Source: Utricularia gibba (taxonomy: Eukaryota > Plantae > Magnoliophyta). From it: DNA of 64,000 bases. Numbering within the stretch: position 1 is the first letter of the stretch; every line of letters begins with the position of its first letter. A model generated the notes under the pieces. It did not search any database. It saw only the letters and a list, made by a program, of their open reading frames with translations, and was not told where the DNA came from. The DNA is taken from contig NEEC01000012.1 in NCBI GenBank assembly GCA_002189035.1, forward strand, positions 1,674,001 through 1,738,000, given 5' to 3'. Made by a program: the position numbers and the translations under genes. This document shows, piece by piece, positions 1 through 14,934 of the stretch.

Positions 1-1927
<1,927 letters not shown>

Positions 1928-4208
1928 TGCAAGTTATGGCTTACCCTCTCCCCGAAGCAATCCCAAATCCAAACAGCAACCCCTCAACCCACACAGGAGT
2001 CAATGAACAAACCCCACAAAGCCTCAATTCTTTTTCAAGAAAACACACACATGTATTGTGTCAGTAGCAGCTCAGCCGCATTTCCCCCATCGACCACGGC
2101 ACCTGATTGCGAAAGAACAATCCCTGTTCGTGCGCTTCGTATTGCTATTGAATACAAAGAGAAACCAATCCTTCATAAAACGCTGCCTCGGCCCCTCCTC
2201 CACCTGACGAGCAATCATAGAACAGGAAATTCAACCCTAAATACCAAATCCAAAATCCACCTTCATTGACCAAAAAAATACCCCGTTTGCTCCGCTCATC
2301 TGGGCTCAAAAATCAAAATCTGAGAACATGGGAATGCAAGAAATGCAGATCTGAAGAGACCCTTTATGCTTAAGCAAATAATTTAGCCGAGGGGAGGAGG
2401 AGGGAGAGAGGCTACAGCTACACTAACACCGACGGAAAGTATAATGCTGGAGGTTTACAAAAAGATAAATGCCTACGCCACGCCTATCCATCTACCTCTC
2501 TATTCTCCTATTTCGGCCCCTCTGCACCTCCCATTCCCAATAAACCCACATGGCCCTAACTTGTACACGCATTTCACTAAAACCAAAGATTTGCATTTAT
2601 AATTCATCTTTTTTATTTATATTCCTTATTTATTTTTTTTTTCATAATATAAAATGATTTTTAATCCAATGATAGCATTACTTGAGGGGTGTCTTCCAAA
2701 AAAAATAATGTGTACATATTATTAAATAATAAATTTAAATTATGATCAATAATTTTACACCACTAAAAATCCAATATAAAAATATTAATGAAATTATTTA
2801 AGAGATGGATACAACTCAACTCCATTATTTCTTAGACATGCATTTGATCAAGGTGTTGAGTATTGATAACTACATTTAAGACTTTATGTTTAAACAATTT
2901 ATATTTTTTGAAAAATATTACAAAGCAATTTTATTATCAAGTATGAACGATTTTTCTTTGAAAAGGAGAAAAAGTAGAAATACTTATTATTTTTTAAAAA
3001 TTATAAATTCAACTTATATTTTTTTAATAAATACTTCATGAAAAATATTTACTTGGCTATCTTTTTCAGCAATTTTTAGAAGTGGATTTTGAGAAGGTTT
3101 GGATAGATGATGCATTGTAATTAAATGGTTTTTGAGGGGGTCAAATGCAAGGAATTTTGAGCATGAGGAACTTCCAAGAAGAAGGGTTCAAAGTGGCAAT
3201 GAATGCATGCATGCATGGATGATGATAATGTGAGTCCATGGTTCATGCACTTGTATGAACGGGAAAGAAAGAACCTTCCCCCAGTCCATTTGCAAGGAAT
3301 CTAGGGTTTGGTCACGATACGTGGGATTGTCGATGGGTTGCCACGTGGCAGGAGAGTTTAATAAAAACCCGGCTTCATCTGAATGTTGTTCAGCGATGGT
3401 GTTCTATGATGCACGTGTTTCGTGCTCGGTAGTCTTTCTTAATCCGTGTTAGAGTGTAGAATGTCCGAAGCTTCTAGAAAGAATTTACTGTTTTCACCTT
3501 GAATGAAAGGTTGAGCCGTACATAGACTGGAAGAAAGTGGACCTGGGCCGAGAGTTCGATTTTGGGCCTTTTTCACATGGCCCGATGTTTCTGTTTCTGC
3601 GAGCGCGCAGTCATCGTCGTGTTTGGCGAGATTTTACACACGCAACGCGTCGACGGTCTGCGCTTTCTCCATTCATCGACTGAGAAAATGTAACTGATTA
3701 ATTTTTCTTTCAGTTCTTTCAAGTGTTTGTCACCTTTAATCCGTATATTATGTTGTTAGATTGCAATGAAGTAAGTGTCTTCGGTGATTGAATCGCGAGT
3801 TTTCAGTTTGAAGTTAAAAAAAAACATGAATATTAAGGATTGTTGTTGTTTGCTCGATTCAAAAACTGTTACGAGTTTCAGGTTATTCTGCTTTAATTCA
3901 CAAATGCTTGATTGTTTTTTTGGTTCATATTTTATTTTGTTTGATCAGGGAAAGTGTACTTTTGCTCGGATAAAGTATGAAGGTTTTTTAGTTGAATTCG
4001 GTACTCGCGACGGAAGAAGGCAAATCAAATTTCAAAAGCTGAAATTAGTGAAACGCTCCACCATTTTTAGTATGGGAAACATAAGATTCATATTTATGCT
4101 TAAGATGTTCCTCAAATTTCCTGCTTTTTGGCATACGGTTGGGCGGCACTGCGCTCTCAAATTTTGAAGTAATACTAATCATACAGCTTAATGATGTACA
4201 GGAAACCA

Positions 4209-5149
4209 ATGGTAGCACAGCGGTTGATGAAAAGGCGGTCACTGACAACCCCAAGCAAGTTTCGAGTTTGATAGACGTCGTTAACCTTCCCAAGTACTAC
4301 GAGATTTCATGGGCCAATCTCAGAGCACGCAGCTGAGTTGCTTCAGGCGTGTATGGGATTATATCAAGGAGAAAAACCTGCAGGTACGATTCTAATTCCT
4401 GGAGATTTTCTTGATCACGCTGAATGAATAGTAATAATTGTTACCAGAGAGTTGCTTGATTAAAATGGCAAAATCGTAACACTGATTATGACTGCATTAC
4501 CAATTACTTGCCCACCATTTGTGGTTTTGACTGGTTAATGGTTACATGCTTCCTGAAATCTACCTATAAAGACCAGTTTGAGAGTCTCATTCCCCCAAAT
4601 AGCACTTAACTTAGAAGTATGTAGTGAGTAGTAGGCATTCACAAAAAAAATGTTGTTGAATACTAGCTCTTGGGCTGTTCTCCCGAAGCATGATCTGTCA
4701 GATTTTGCACCCCATTTGCCTTTGGTGAGTAGGGTTCTTTCCAAAACATGTGCTTCATTACTATTAAGTCACGGACTATTGCTTGCTTTATGGCCCCTGA
4801 ACTTGTCGCGCAAGCTGACTTACAGTTCTGCCACCATGTAAAACACCAACTCTCTCTGATTGGATAAAATTCTAAAAAGCCCACTGGCAAGTGCATGAAC
4901 CTCAAAGGATGAACCACGACAATGGATATTTTTTGGTTTCTGGGTTTCTCTTTTGCCTGATAGTTGGCAGGGTGTCACTAGCTTTTGCATACATTTCCGA
5001 TGCACCTGAACTTGTTGTAGGATCCAATGGACAGGAATGCAGTCAACTGTGATCAGAAGCTGAAGAGCATTTTTGTGGGGAAATCTAGATTTAATCTCGC
5101 TGAACTTCCCATCCTGGTGAAGGTTCTTTTCCCAAAGAAGTCCAAGTAA
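4209..5149 (+). pseudogene. Small SWIB/MDM2-domain protein (At4g26810-like) with two -1 frameshifts in exon 1; pseudogene or assembly error
   Basis: Exon 1 is 4209-4383 and exon 2 is 5021-5149, joined by a GT-AG intron. The repaired translation is MVAQRLMK[K]AVTDNPKQVSSLIDVVNLP[ST]LRDFMGQSQSTQLSCFRRVWDYIKEKNLQ|DPMDRNAVNCDQKLKSIFVGKSRFNLAELPILVKVLFPKKSK*. The SWIB signature VWxYIKxxNLQDP...CDxKLKSI is present. Frame changes occur at about 4230-4233 and about 4288-4297. Confidence 0.85.
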
Positions 5150-8100
5150 TTCTATTACCATTAACCTTTGATGTCTCTCTATTTACCTTTGATGTATCTT
5201 CACACACTAGCTTTATAATCATGGGTTCAATCCAGACTTTAGATATATAATTTAAGCTCATGATATAATCGAAAAATATATTAAATTCATTTAAATAATA
5301 AATTTTATTTTTTGAAATTATTTAAAATATAATTAGAATTTATTTAATCCAATTTAATTTATTATAAAAAGGATTTAATTTTAAGAAAAGTTTGACCTTT
5401 TAATTACGCAAAACTAACTAAAATGAAAACCATGTAGTGGGATTGAATCGTTGATAGAGATAAAAATTGAATTTAGTTGAAGTTAGATGTTTGTAATAAG
5501 GTAATTTTATTTCTTGTATTTAACTAAATTTAATTTTTAATTTATGGTAAAATAGGAAAAAATAATTAGAAAGTTAGAATTAAAATTTTATTTGTAATAT
5601 ATTTTAACATATACAATTAGCATGACAATTAATTAAAACCTAATAATTAATTTTATATTGGGTTAGGCTTAATTAGAAAAATAGACTTATGCATAACTTT
5701 TTTTTTCAACAATCATATTTTATGTATTGATATACTAAATAGTTTTACTTTTAATATAGTATATGTATTTATCTTATAATAAAAATAATATATTTATGTA
5801 AAATAGAATATTAAATACAATTTGATAAAATATTATTAGAATTCAAAATTTTATTAATTCAATTAATTAACAATTGAAAATTATATAGAGTACGTTATAG
5901 TCTTAAAATTATTATTTATTTATAATTCAAATAAAATTTTATTAATTAAAAAATGTAGGTTAATTATTAAATATTATCTGCAAAAATTTCAATAATTAAA
6001 CTAAAAATCACATCCGTATATTTTTTTTTTGTTAATGCACATACAAAAAATATCCATATCACTTATACTTAAACAATACTAATAATTTGAATCAAATGCA
6101 TCTTAATAATACATTGAAAATGAAATAATATAATTTATTTAAAATATTAATGTCTATTTTCGAAAATATTGCTAAATATACTTTTTATTCTGAATCTTGA
6201 TTTACAAGGATGAGTTGAATTCAATATGGTAGGAATGACTTGTGATAATGATATTTTCACAACTGATGTATAGTGGAATGAAAAAATCTATATTGAATGC
6301 ATGTATGCTATTGGCATTGGGGAGGGGGATGATCTTGATGTATTTGACGAATGTTGTATGCTTTGAGGACATTATAGTACTCTCATCTGTTGGTTCGGTA
6401 CTGATTGTCTTGAACTCCAAAATTAAGCTGTTGTTCTATAATATTATAAACTAACTCCTTAATCTATTTATTTTATGTGTTCAAGTCATTGTATCTTGTT
6501 TAGAATGATGATATTTATTTAATCTAGACAAATGCAATACTAACATGAAGGGAGTATCATCCCACTCAATTTCATTTCGTATAAGATTAAAATTATTTGA
6601 ATATGTAGCAACAAATGTCTTTAGTTAATACAGCATATTGATAACCTTATGTGAAAGTGTATTGAACGAGTAACATATTTATAGAATGATGAAAATTAGA
6701 AGTTGAAGTAGAGATGGTCTTATAATATGACATTTCAAATACATTTGAACTTATTGTGTATGATTGCATAAAATTTGATAAATTTGTCAAAAACTATAAT
6801 TGCATGTGTCTATTGAAATGTTAACAATATGCATAATTCTACATATAAAACCGATCTCAGATATAGAGAATATTATTGTGGCTCTATTATATTTTTCAAC
6901 TCATATGCCAAAAAGATTTTTAGAGTTTGCATTTAAGAGCTCTTCACCGTTTTTTACAAACTTGATTTGTTGAAGTATTACTTTATTTTGTTGAATGTTG
7001 TCTATAGTTGTTAGAAGATTAGTTAAATAAGATATGTCATTAGGATTGAAGAATGCGTGTATCATACCTTGGTAACGGATGTAGTTAGTTGACAATACTT
7101 TTCTAAAAAATCTCATTTATTTTATTTGACGTGGTTTTTGTTGTGCGCAATCGATACCAAACAATAAATTTAACTATAAAAATCAAGAAATAATCATAGA
7201 AATTAAATTTGATTCATTCCAAAATAAATGCTACGTCTATACCCAATTATAAAAAATTCACTATTTATCATAGTAAATACAAATAGATTCATCCTGATAA
7301 ATTATCGGGTTTTACCCTCTATTTCTACCCTCTCTTTGAAAACTCTACCGGCAAAATACATGAATAAGAAAAAAATCTTATTCCACCCTTGGAAAACGAG
7401 TTCATATCGAACTCACTCACAAAAAACTCGATCGAAGTGCTATGGATGCTTTGATTCCTTGTGATGCTCTATGGAGGAGAGTTCACCTCTATAAATAGAG
7501 AAAACCAGACGCCACTCTTGAAAGGTTGAAGTGTCAACCGCCCATATTTCTTATTTTTTTTATTTTAAACTATAATATATCTCACATATGAAGATACTTT
7601 TTAATTTATAGTCATAATGTCAAATTTGAAAAATCAGGAAGAATAAATCATGTATGATAATAGAAGTATAAATGTTTATAATTCATATAGTATGTTCATT
7701 AGGTATGTATATGCTCCCTCATGTGTGTGATGTATCATCTCTTAATACATAATTGAATTATTTGACACGTGTGTATACTATTATCCACATTAAATCGTGT
7801 AGATTTTTTCCTATTTTATATAACATTGATTAATCGCACATGTCATAGGATCACTAATTATATATGTTAGATGATGATCACGAACCACAATTTAATTTTG
7901 CAACATTGTATTATGATACATAACATAATTTAGTTTTGCAACATTGTAGAAGGGCTTTAAATAGTCGAAAATTTCCAAGTTATATGTAATTACTGCATAA
8001 AATAAATTTACAAAAAAATTAGATTACATTTATATAGATAAATATCAATAGAAGTATTTAGTGGATTTTTCTATTTACTTGAAAAAATTGATTTACAAAA

Positions 8101-9643
8101 TATATATTATATTGAATTGAATTCGCAAAATGCATGATGTTTTACTAACTTTTTACAAAATATATGTAGTTTACAAATTAACATTTTTTAAAATATATAT
8201 GTTTTTAAGAGAAATTATAAGCAAAATTAATTTGTAAATTTTTAAAAATCTAAAGGTATTATTTATTTTTCATTAGATCAATATTCAATTTTCGTAAATT
8301 GATTGAAAATGCATGACAAATCTAACAATTATAAATAATGATTAAGATTGAAAAAAAGAAGGAAATATTAGTATAAAAAATGATATATAAAAAATAATAA
8401 TTTTAAACATCTAATTGTATACTTTGGTGGCTAGACAAAAACTCGCTCTGTTTAAGTCTTGTGTAAACAAGTAAGTCGATATCATATTGAAAATCAATTG
8501 AATTTAATATAAATGTAATAAATATGCATCGTCAATATCTATGTAATTAGTATTAACGGTATTGGACTCATAGAATTTAATCATGAAATCAAATTTAAGG
8601 TTTCTTAAATTTAATTATAATCCATTACAATATAGTCAATAAATTTTTTATATGTATTATGTTTTGTTTTTATTATTTTAAAAGCATATTTGTTATGTAA
8701 TACATAAGTGTGATTATCTCTTATAACGTTTCCTTTATATAAAATCTTAATTATGGCTTTGGACATCACTATTTATTATAATATAAGCACATAATTAGGA
8801 TAAAGATAATGTATTAAGTGCAAGTAATATTGAGAATTCATACATTATTTATTGAACCGTAATTATCCAAAAATTTGTTTGATAATAAATGTAAAATCTT
8901 TGTTTCATGTAGAATTGTAGTATTTATAAAATTATTATGTTAAAAGTACACTTCTACAAGAAAAAAACATTTTATTTATTTACAAATAAATAAAGTATAA
9001 ATAATTGTATTACAGTAATAATCAAAATAATTTATTTTCTTATTCATTTTATATAAATATGAAATTAATATTAATACGTGAAATTTCATTAAAAATAATA
9101 ATGTTAATAATATATAAAACCATTTTTGTTTGCAAAACATATATTTTGCGAATCATTTACAAAAATTCAGCTTTTGAGAAAAGGTGTGGATTCTCATATT
9201 GTTAGTTGAAATTTATTTCAACTACTTTATATATGATGACACTCTATTGATTTTGATAGTATCACATGTCTGTTTTTTCGAAAACATTCTTGTTGTATGC
9301 AATCAACAAAATAGATATCAAAATTTAACATGATTCACCCTAAAATAAGTTCTAAGTTCATATTCAATTTTAAGAAAAAATCATTATTTACTACAGTGAA
9401 TGCAAAGAGATTTATCCTAATAAACTACTGAACTTTACTTTTTATTTCTACCATCTACCTAAAAAATTACCAGACAAGAGACACGAATAAAAAATAATAT
9501 TATCTTTTTTATTGTCTATTCTTTCGTAAAAAATCAAGTTCCTACTGAAATTACTCAAGATTCAAAGTTGAGCCACACAATAAGATACACAACATTCCAT
9601 TTTATTTATAGAAATGAACTCAGCTTGCCAACATTGAAAAGTA

Positions 9644-10066
9644 TGTTGGCCGACATCAAAAAAATTTTACGTGGAAACTGCCGTAAGATGGAAAAAACTA
9701 CGGAGCTGTCGGAGCTCACCGGAAAAATTCCTTACTAGACGGAGGTGGTGAAGTAAGGTACAGGTTGGGAGGTTTAGGGTCGAACCATTTCTTTGTTACG
9801 ATTTCTTCTTTTTATAGAGGAGGCTGATCTGATCGAGTCCTGAATTCGACAGATCTCCATTGCTTTCTGTACCTGCCATGAGATCTTGCTTTTCAAATAT
9901 CGACTACCTACTTTGCCTTAATTCGGTTGCTTTTTAGACTGTGCCATACGGCCACTGTTACCAAATTTCTAACAAATATCGGCTTGTCGACTGACATTAT
10001 CTCGTCAGGGCTCTTTTTGGCAACCTTTTAGAAGCCGATTACCCTCAGCCGATTTGTACCCCATCA
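9644..10066 (-). mobile_element. Diverged LTR of the Tat/Retand lineage (related to the LTR at 40424-40955), no internal domain
   Basis: The minus strand begins TGATGGGGTACAAATCGGCTGAGGGTAATCGGCTTCTAAAAAGG, which aligns with the 40424 LTR start TGATGAGGGATAAAGTCGGCCAAGGTTAATCGGATTCTGAAAAG. It also shares the GCTCCGT...TTTCCACGTAAAA block and ends ...GGCCAACA. No TSD found. Confidence 0.65.
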
Positions 10067-11184
10067 CCTATCAATTAATCTAAAATATTGAAAACATAAA
10101 AATCACAAATAATTGTTATATGTGCATGGCTTATGATACCTATATAATAATTTTTTTAACTATATGAGCATGGATAGCATGATTCATGGTCATATAACAA
10201 ATCTTCAATTATACTGTGGTTTATTATAATTTCAAGTAAAAATTAAAATTCTTTTAAAAAAATATATTTTAAAAAATTACATTTTTAAATATATAAATAA
10301 GTATTATATTATAAAAATAAATACAATTGGTATACATCAAAATAAATACACCTCAATAAAAATAATTCATTAAAAAAAGAGTAGTATTTGACCAATGTTT
10401 ATCAAATAAGACTATTCTGCAAATAAAAATTTTGTAGAAGGCTATTTCACTAATTAAGCAAAAGTATTTAATGGATACGTTTATGATTGATAAAAAAAAT
10501 AAGTAAACTAGAATTCAATTAATTGAGAAAATTCATCTAAAGAAAACCTAATTAGAGATATTATGTATGTGCTTTAAAAATCAAAATACATATATATTAG
10601 AAAATATATTTATCAAATAAACATAATTTTCAGTACATGTCAATTTAGGAATCTAAACAAGTTTATCAAACACTATCTTCAAATTTAATACTATGTTAGG
10701 AATTTGTTCCTATTTGATAAAAAAATATTTTAGAATAATTTTATTATCAAATAGGAACAAATTCTATTATAAATCAAATAGAATCTAAATGAATACTTCA
10801 ATTATAAAAAGATTAAGTATGATTTTTAAAAAATAATATATATAAGAATAATGATATTAATTTATTGTGTTATGCACCTTAAGAAACTCATGATAATGGC
10901 ACCTTTATGCTTTACAATTCACCAAAATTCAGAAATAAATTGAACAAAAGAGAAGCTCATGCAACTGAGACGTTTGGTGAAAGAGCGTTGTCTTTGACAT
11001 AAACCTTATCTTATCTGCTGGAGGCTATCACCATTGGGCTGCAACTGAAGAAGTTCTTTGCTGATTTTTCCATTTTCAGGAGCTTCCCGTTTCCATTTCT
11101 GCAGGAGGAAGTCCCCCGTTTGTTCTTCGAAGTTCAACGCATCACTTGCAGAGTTGAAACAATCAGATTTTTTCCAGAACTCGG

Positions 11185-12723
11185 ATGCCGCCATGTTTTT
11201 GCTACTACAATCCACAATCTCCCTCTATCTCAAGGTTTATCTCCGACCAACCACTCCTATCGCTGCTGGAAACCAGTTGCCGCACAGTCAGAGACTTGAG
11301 AAAGATTCACGCCCAAATGATCAAAACAGGGCTTGCTAGAGACACGGTGGCGGTTAGCAGAATACTGAGTTTCAGCGCTACGGGGCCGGAACCGGATCTG
11401 GGATACGCGTTATCTTTGTTTCATCGGATTGACCGAAAAAATGAGTTCATTTGGAATACTGTGATCAGGGGGTTTTGTGGGAGTGCTGATCCTCATGTTG
11501 CGGTTTTACTGTTTGCTGAAATGCTTGAGAGAGGGGAAGTGGAGCCGGGGAAGCTCACTTACCCCTCTGTATTTAAAGCTTATTCGCAACTCGGGGTTGC
11601 TAAAGGTGGTGCACAGCTTCATGGGAGGATTGTTAAGTTGGGTTTGGAATTTGATCCCTTTATACGTAACTCTGTTATTCACATGTACGCCAACTGTGGA
11701 CTTGTGACAGATGCTAAGAAGCTGTTTGATGAAGATGAAGACAACGATGTCATTGCTTGGAACGCTGTGATCATGGGCCTGGCCAAGACAGGGGAAGTGG
11801 AGGAATCATGGCGTTTGTTCTGTAAACTTCGGTCGAAAAGCGATATATCTTGGAATACAATGGTGAGCAGTTTTGTTAGGAATGGGAAATGGCAAGAAGC
11901 CTTGGATCTATTTGTTGAAATGCAAGTGCAGGGGATGAAGCCAAGTGAATACACAATTGTCAGCACCTTGAACGCCTGTGCTAAACTAGGCGCTCTTGAA
12001 CAAGGTGAGTGGATTCATGACTACGTAGGGAAGATGGGAATACATCTGAATGCCATACTAGTGACTGCCCTCATAGACATGTACAGCAAGTGTGGGAAAG
12101 TAGAAATGGCTCGCTGCATCTTCGAAACCGCCCCGCAAATAAGTCTTTCATGCTGGAACTCAATGATGTTTGGTTTAGCAACTAATGGACTTGAAGATGA
12201 AGCAATCCGATTGTTTTCAGAGTTACAATCTTCAAGTTTTGAACCAGACAATGTGAGCTTTATAGCAGTTCTTACAGCATGTAACCACTCCGGTCGAGTT
12301 GATGAAGCGAGACACTACTTTAGATTGATGAAAGAAGCTTATGGAATCAATCCAACGATCAAACACTATGGTTGTATGGTGGATGTTCTGAGCAGGGTGG
12401 GGCTTCTGGAAGAAGCAATGGAGCTGGTAGGCAACATGCATGTGAGACCAGATGCTGCTATATTGGGATCGTTGCTATCAGCCTGCATTCGTCACCAGAA
12501 CACTGAACTTGCAGAACTGGTAGCACAAAATCTCATCTCCTCAGGTCAGGATGACCAGTGTGCACACATACTATTGTCAAATTGTTACGCAGCTTCAGGA
12601 TGTTTCGAGAAAGCTGTGGAAGAAAGGGTGAAGATGAAGATCAAGCAAGCTGTGAAACAGAGAGGATGCAGTGCAATTGAAGTGAATGGAGAGGTCCACG
12701 AGTTTGTAGCAGGTGGAAGATGA
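11185..12723 (+). CDS. PLS-class pentatricopeptide repeat protein with E domain (At2g42920-like), 512 aa, intronless
   Basis: Single ORF with repeated PPR motifs (WNTVIRG, TYPSVFKA, AWNAVIMG, SWNTMVS, TALIDMYSKCG, HYGCMVDVLSR) and E-domain ending GCSAIEVNGEVHEF. Residue pattern closely resembles Arabidopsis At2g42920 as I recall it. Confidence 0.95.
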   Translation: MPPCFCYYNPQSPSISRFISDQPLLSLLETSCRTVRDLRKIHAQMIKTGLARDTVAVSRILSFSATGPEPDLGYALSLFHRIDRKNEFIWNTVIRGFCGSADPHVAVLLFAEMLERGEVEPGKLTYPSVFKAYSQLGVAKGGAQLHGRIVKLGLEFDPFIRNSVIHMYANCGLVTDAKKLFDEDEDNDVIAWNAVIMGLAKTGEVEESWRLFCKLRSKSDISWNTMVSSFVRNGKWQEALDLFVEMQVQGMKPSEYTIVSTLNACAKLGALEQGEWIHDYVGKMGIHLNAILVTALIDMYSKCGKVEMARCIFETAPQISLSCWNSMMFGLATNGLEDEAIRLFSELQSSSFEPDNVSFIAVLTACNHSGRVDEARHYFRLMKEAYGINPTIKHYGCMVDVLSRVGLLEEAMELVGNMHVRPDAAILGSLLSACIRHQNTELAELVAQNLISSGQDDQCAHILLSNCYAASGCFEKAVEERVKMKIKQAVKQRGCSAIEVNGEVHEFVAGGR

Positions 12724-12932
12724 ACTTCTCATTGTTTGGTTCTAATTCATATCCCCAATACAATGTGCATGTTCTTTGAAATGGAGTCTGCGACATTAGT
12801 ACAAAATAATGACATTTGCATGTAAAATTCAACTACCAACAAACTGAAACTGAGCCTCTCTCAGGTTTCATGAATTGTTACAGCTTCAAGTGAAAAAAAG
12901 AAAAAAAAAACAGCATGGTGCATGGGGTTCCA

Positions 12933-14934
12933 TCATTCTGATTGCTCTGTCTTGCTCTCCATCTCAGCTGCCCCACTGGTCTCCACCAGCAACTCTGCAT
13001 CCATGCTTGTGCTTCGGCTCTTTTGACTCCGGCGATCCTGGTCTCAGAGAATCAGCAAGGCGCAAAGAGGATCAAAGAAATTCGGAAACACATCGAGCAA
13101 AAAAGCTTACCTCACGATATGGGAAGTCATCACTTTCAAGCATTCTAACAACTTGGCTTGTCTTGGGTCGTTTCTCAGAATTAGGATCAACACACCTGAG
13201 TGCAACCAAGAGTGCACGCTTTAATGCTCGAGTCGAAGGCCGAATCTGGAGGTTTGGATCGACAACCTCTTCTGCTCTCCGATTACCAACCATCATTTTC
13301 AGCCACTCCACAAGATTGACCTGGTGAAAGTGTCCATTGTAGCACTGCAGCTCATTTGCAGGTCTAGTAAGGGGACAAGCATTGCCATTACCTCATTTGC
13401 AGGGCGGCCATAATCAACAGGCTCTCTTCCGGTGATCGCTTCGAGCAGAAGAACACCAAAACTGTAGATATCACTCCTTTCGTTCAGCATGCCGGTGTTA
13501 GCATATTCAGGAGCCACATAGCTTTGTTTCAGAAAAGGAAGAAGGTGAGTAAGGGGGGAATGCAACAATCTTCCATCAGCAAGCAAATGAATACATACCC
13601 GAATGTTCCCATAACTCTTGTTGTTATATGACTTTCATGAGAACCTAGAAGCTTAGCCAAACCAAAGTCAGAAACTTTTGCATTGAACTCATGGTCGATT
13701 AAGATGTTGCTCGATTTAATGTCACGATGCACAACTTTTGGCTCTATGGATTCATGCAAGTAAGCAAGTCTGCCGAGAAAAAAGAATCGAATTTTCTTTC
13801 AGATGGCGAAGCGGAGGGGTGTCCACCAAACACAAAATATGAAGGTCTGGATGTACTTACGCCTTTGCAGTTCCATGAAGAACCTTCATCCGGGCTTCCC
13901 ACGTTAGGGTGCCATGATTCCGCATAGCACCATGAAGCCATTGCTCGAGGTTTCCATTATTGACGTATTCATATACCAACATCCTGAACAAAGACAGCAG
14001 CAAAGGTGAAGATATCATCTTAGGGGAGCGCAAGAACAGAGATAAATGGCGATGAAATGGAGTCTTGTGCATCATGAGCAAAAGCAGATTGTTCTTAGAG
14101 GATGCATAACCTGTGAACTCCCTCGATGCAATAACCAAGAAGCCGGACAAGGTTTTTGTGACGAACATGACCAATGGCCTCCACTTCGCCTCTAAATTCT
14201 TTCTCTGCTTGGCCACTGTAACATGAATGGAATCAAACAAGGATATTGATCAAATAAAGTTTAGGTTCAAAAGCCAAAGGTCACTCACAGATGGTTAAGA
14301 AGCTTTTTAACAGCAACCTCTGTACCATTAATCAATCTGCCACGATAAACAACACCATAACCACCTTCACCAACAATATTATCTGCTGCAAACCGATTCG
14401 TAGCAATTTCAAGGTCTCTCATTGTGAACCAGTGCCCCCATCCAAGTTGGGGTACTCCTGGTAGCCAATTAAAGGGGAGGGCATGACAAGTCCATTTGAG
14501 TTTGTAGGCTGTTTTCGACCATATCTAGAGCTCCCTTCCTCACCGGACTGCGAGCTATATGCCCTTTCATGATACAATGTGGAGCTGCAGTGGCTAATAT
14601 CATCAGCATCACTTGCTTTACTCCTAACCAGATGAGCTAACAATTTTTCTGAATGCTTTTCACTTGACTTTTTATTGATGTCCAAGTGCATACTTTTTAT
14701 TCCATTGTCTGGGCTACCATCTTCAACTCTGTCCACTCGAATTTCTCTTGACACATTCGGTATTTGGCAAGTAGGATTATCCAAATTTCTGCGTGATTTT
14801 CTTCGAAACATGACCCATACTGACAGAACTCCAAGAATCAGGACTATGGATGCAACCACACATACGCAGATGAGCACCCAAAGCTCCACAGCACCATATT
14901 TCTTTGACAACTCATTGACCAAAAATCTAGGCAT
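12933..14934 (-). CDS. Single-pass receptor-like cytoplasmic kinase (RLCK-V, At2g42960-like) with a 1-bp frameshift in exon 1
   Basis: Exons are 14289-14934, 14111-14215, 13861-13983, 13599-13769, 13392-13521, 13111-13320 and 12933-13037, all GT-AG. An N-terminal TM segment ([32 protein letters not shown]) is followed by [30 protein letters not shown] and GYVAPE. Frame breaks at about 14464 between SPLIG and [13 protein letters not shown]. Confidence 0.9.

Noticed and set aside
3050-3470. LTR-like or G-box-rich segment between MAPK and SWIB (GCCACGTGGC at about 3340)
   Set aside because: No TG..CA termini or TSD could be defined, and isolated G-boxes are too common to call a regulatory feature.
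4663-5161. Minus-strand ORFs with integrase-like snippets (PYSPKANG, C..CQ..GK)
   Set aside because: They are antisense to the SWIB intron and exon 2, which has a far better motif match and proper splice sites. No DDE motifs.
5200-9300. Very AT-rich stretch with short Ile/Phe/Lys-rich ORFs and a faint SWIM-like pattern near 6750-6830
   Set aside because: The ORFs are compositional artefacts, and the TE similarity is too weak to assign without a search.
11006-12441. Several short ORFs overlapping the PPR gene
   Set aside because: Antisense or alternate-frame shadows of a clear long ORF, with no independent motifs.
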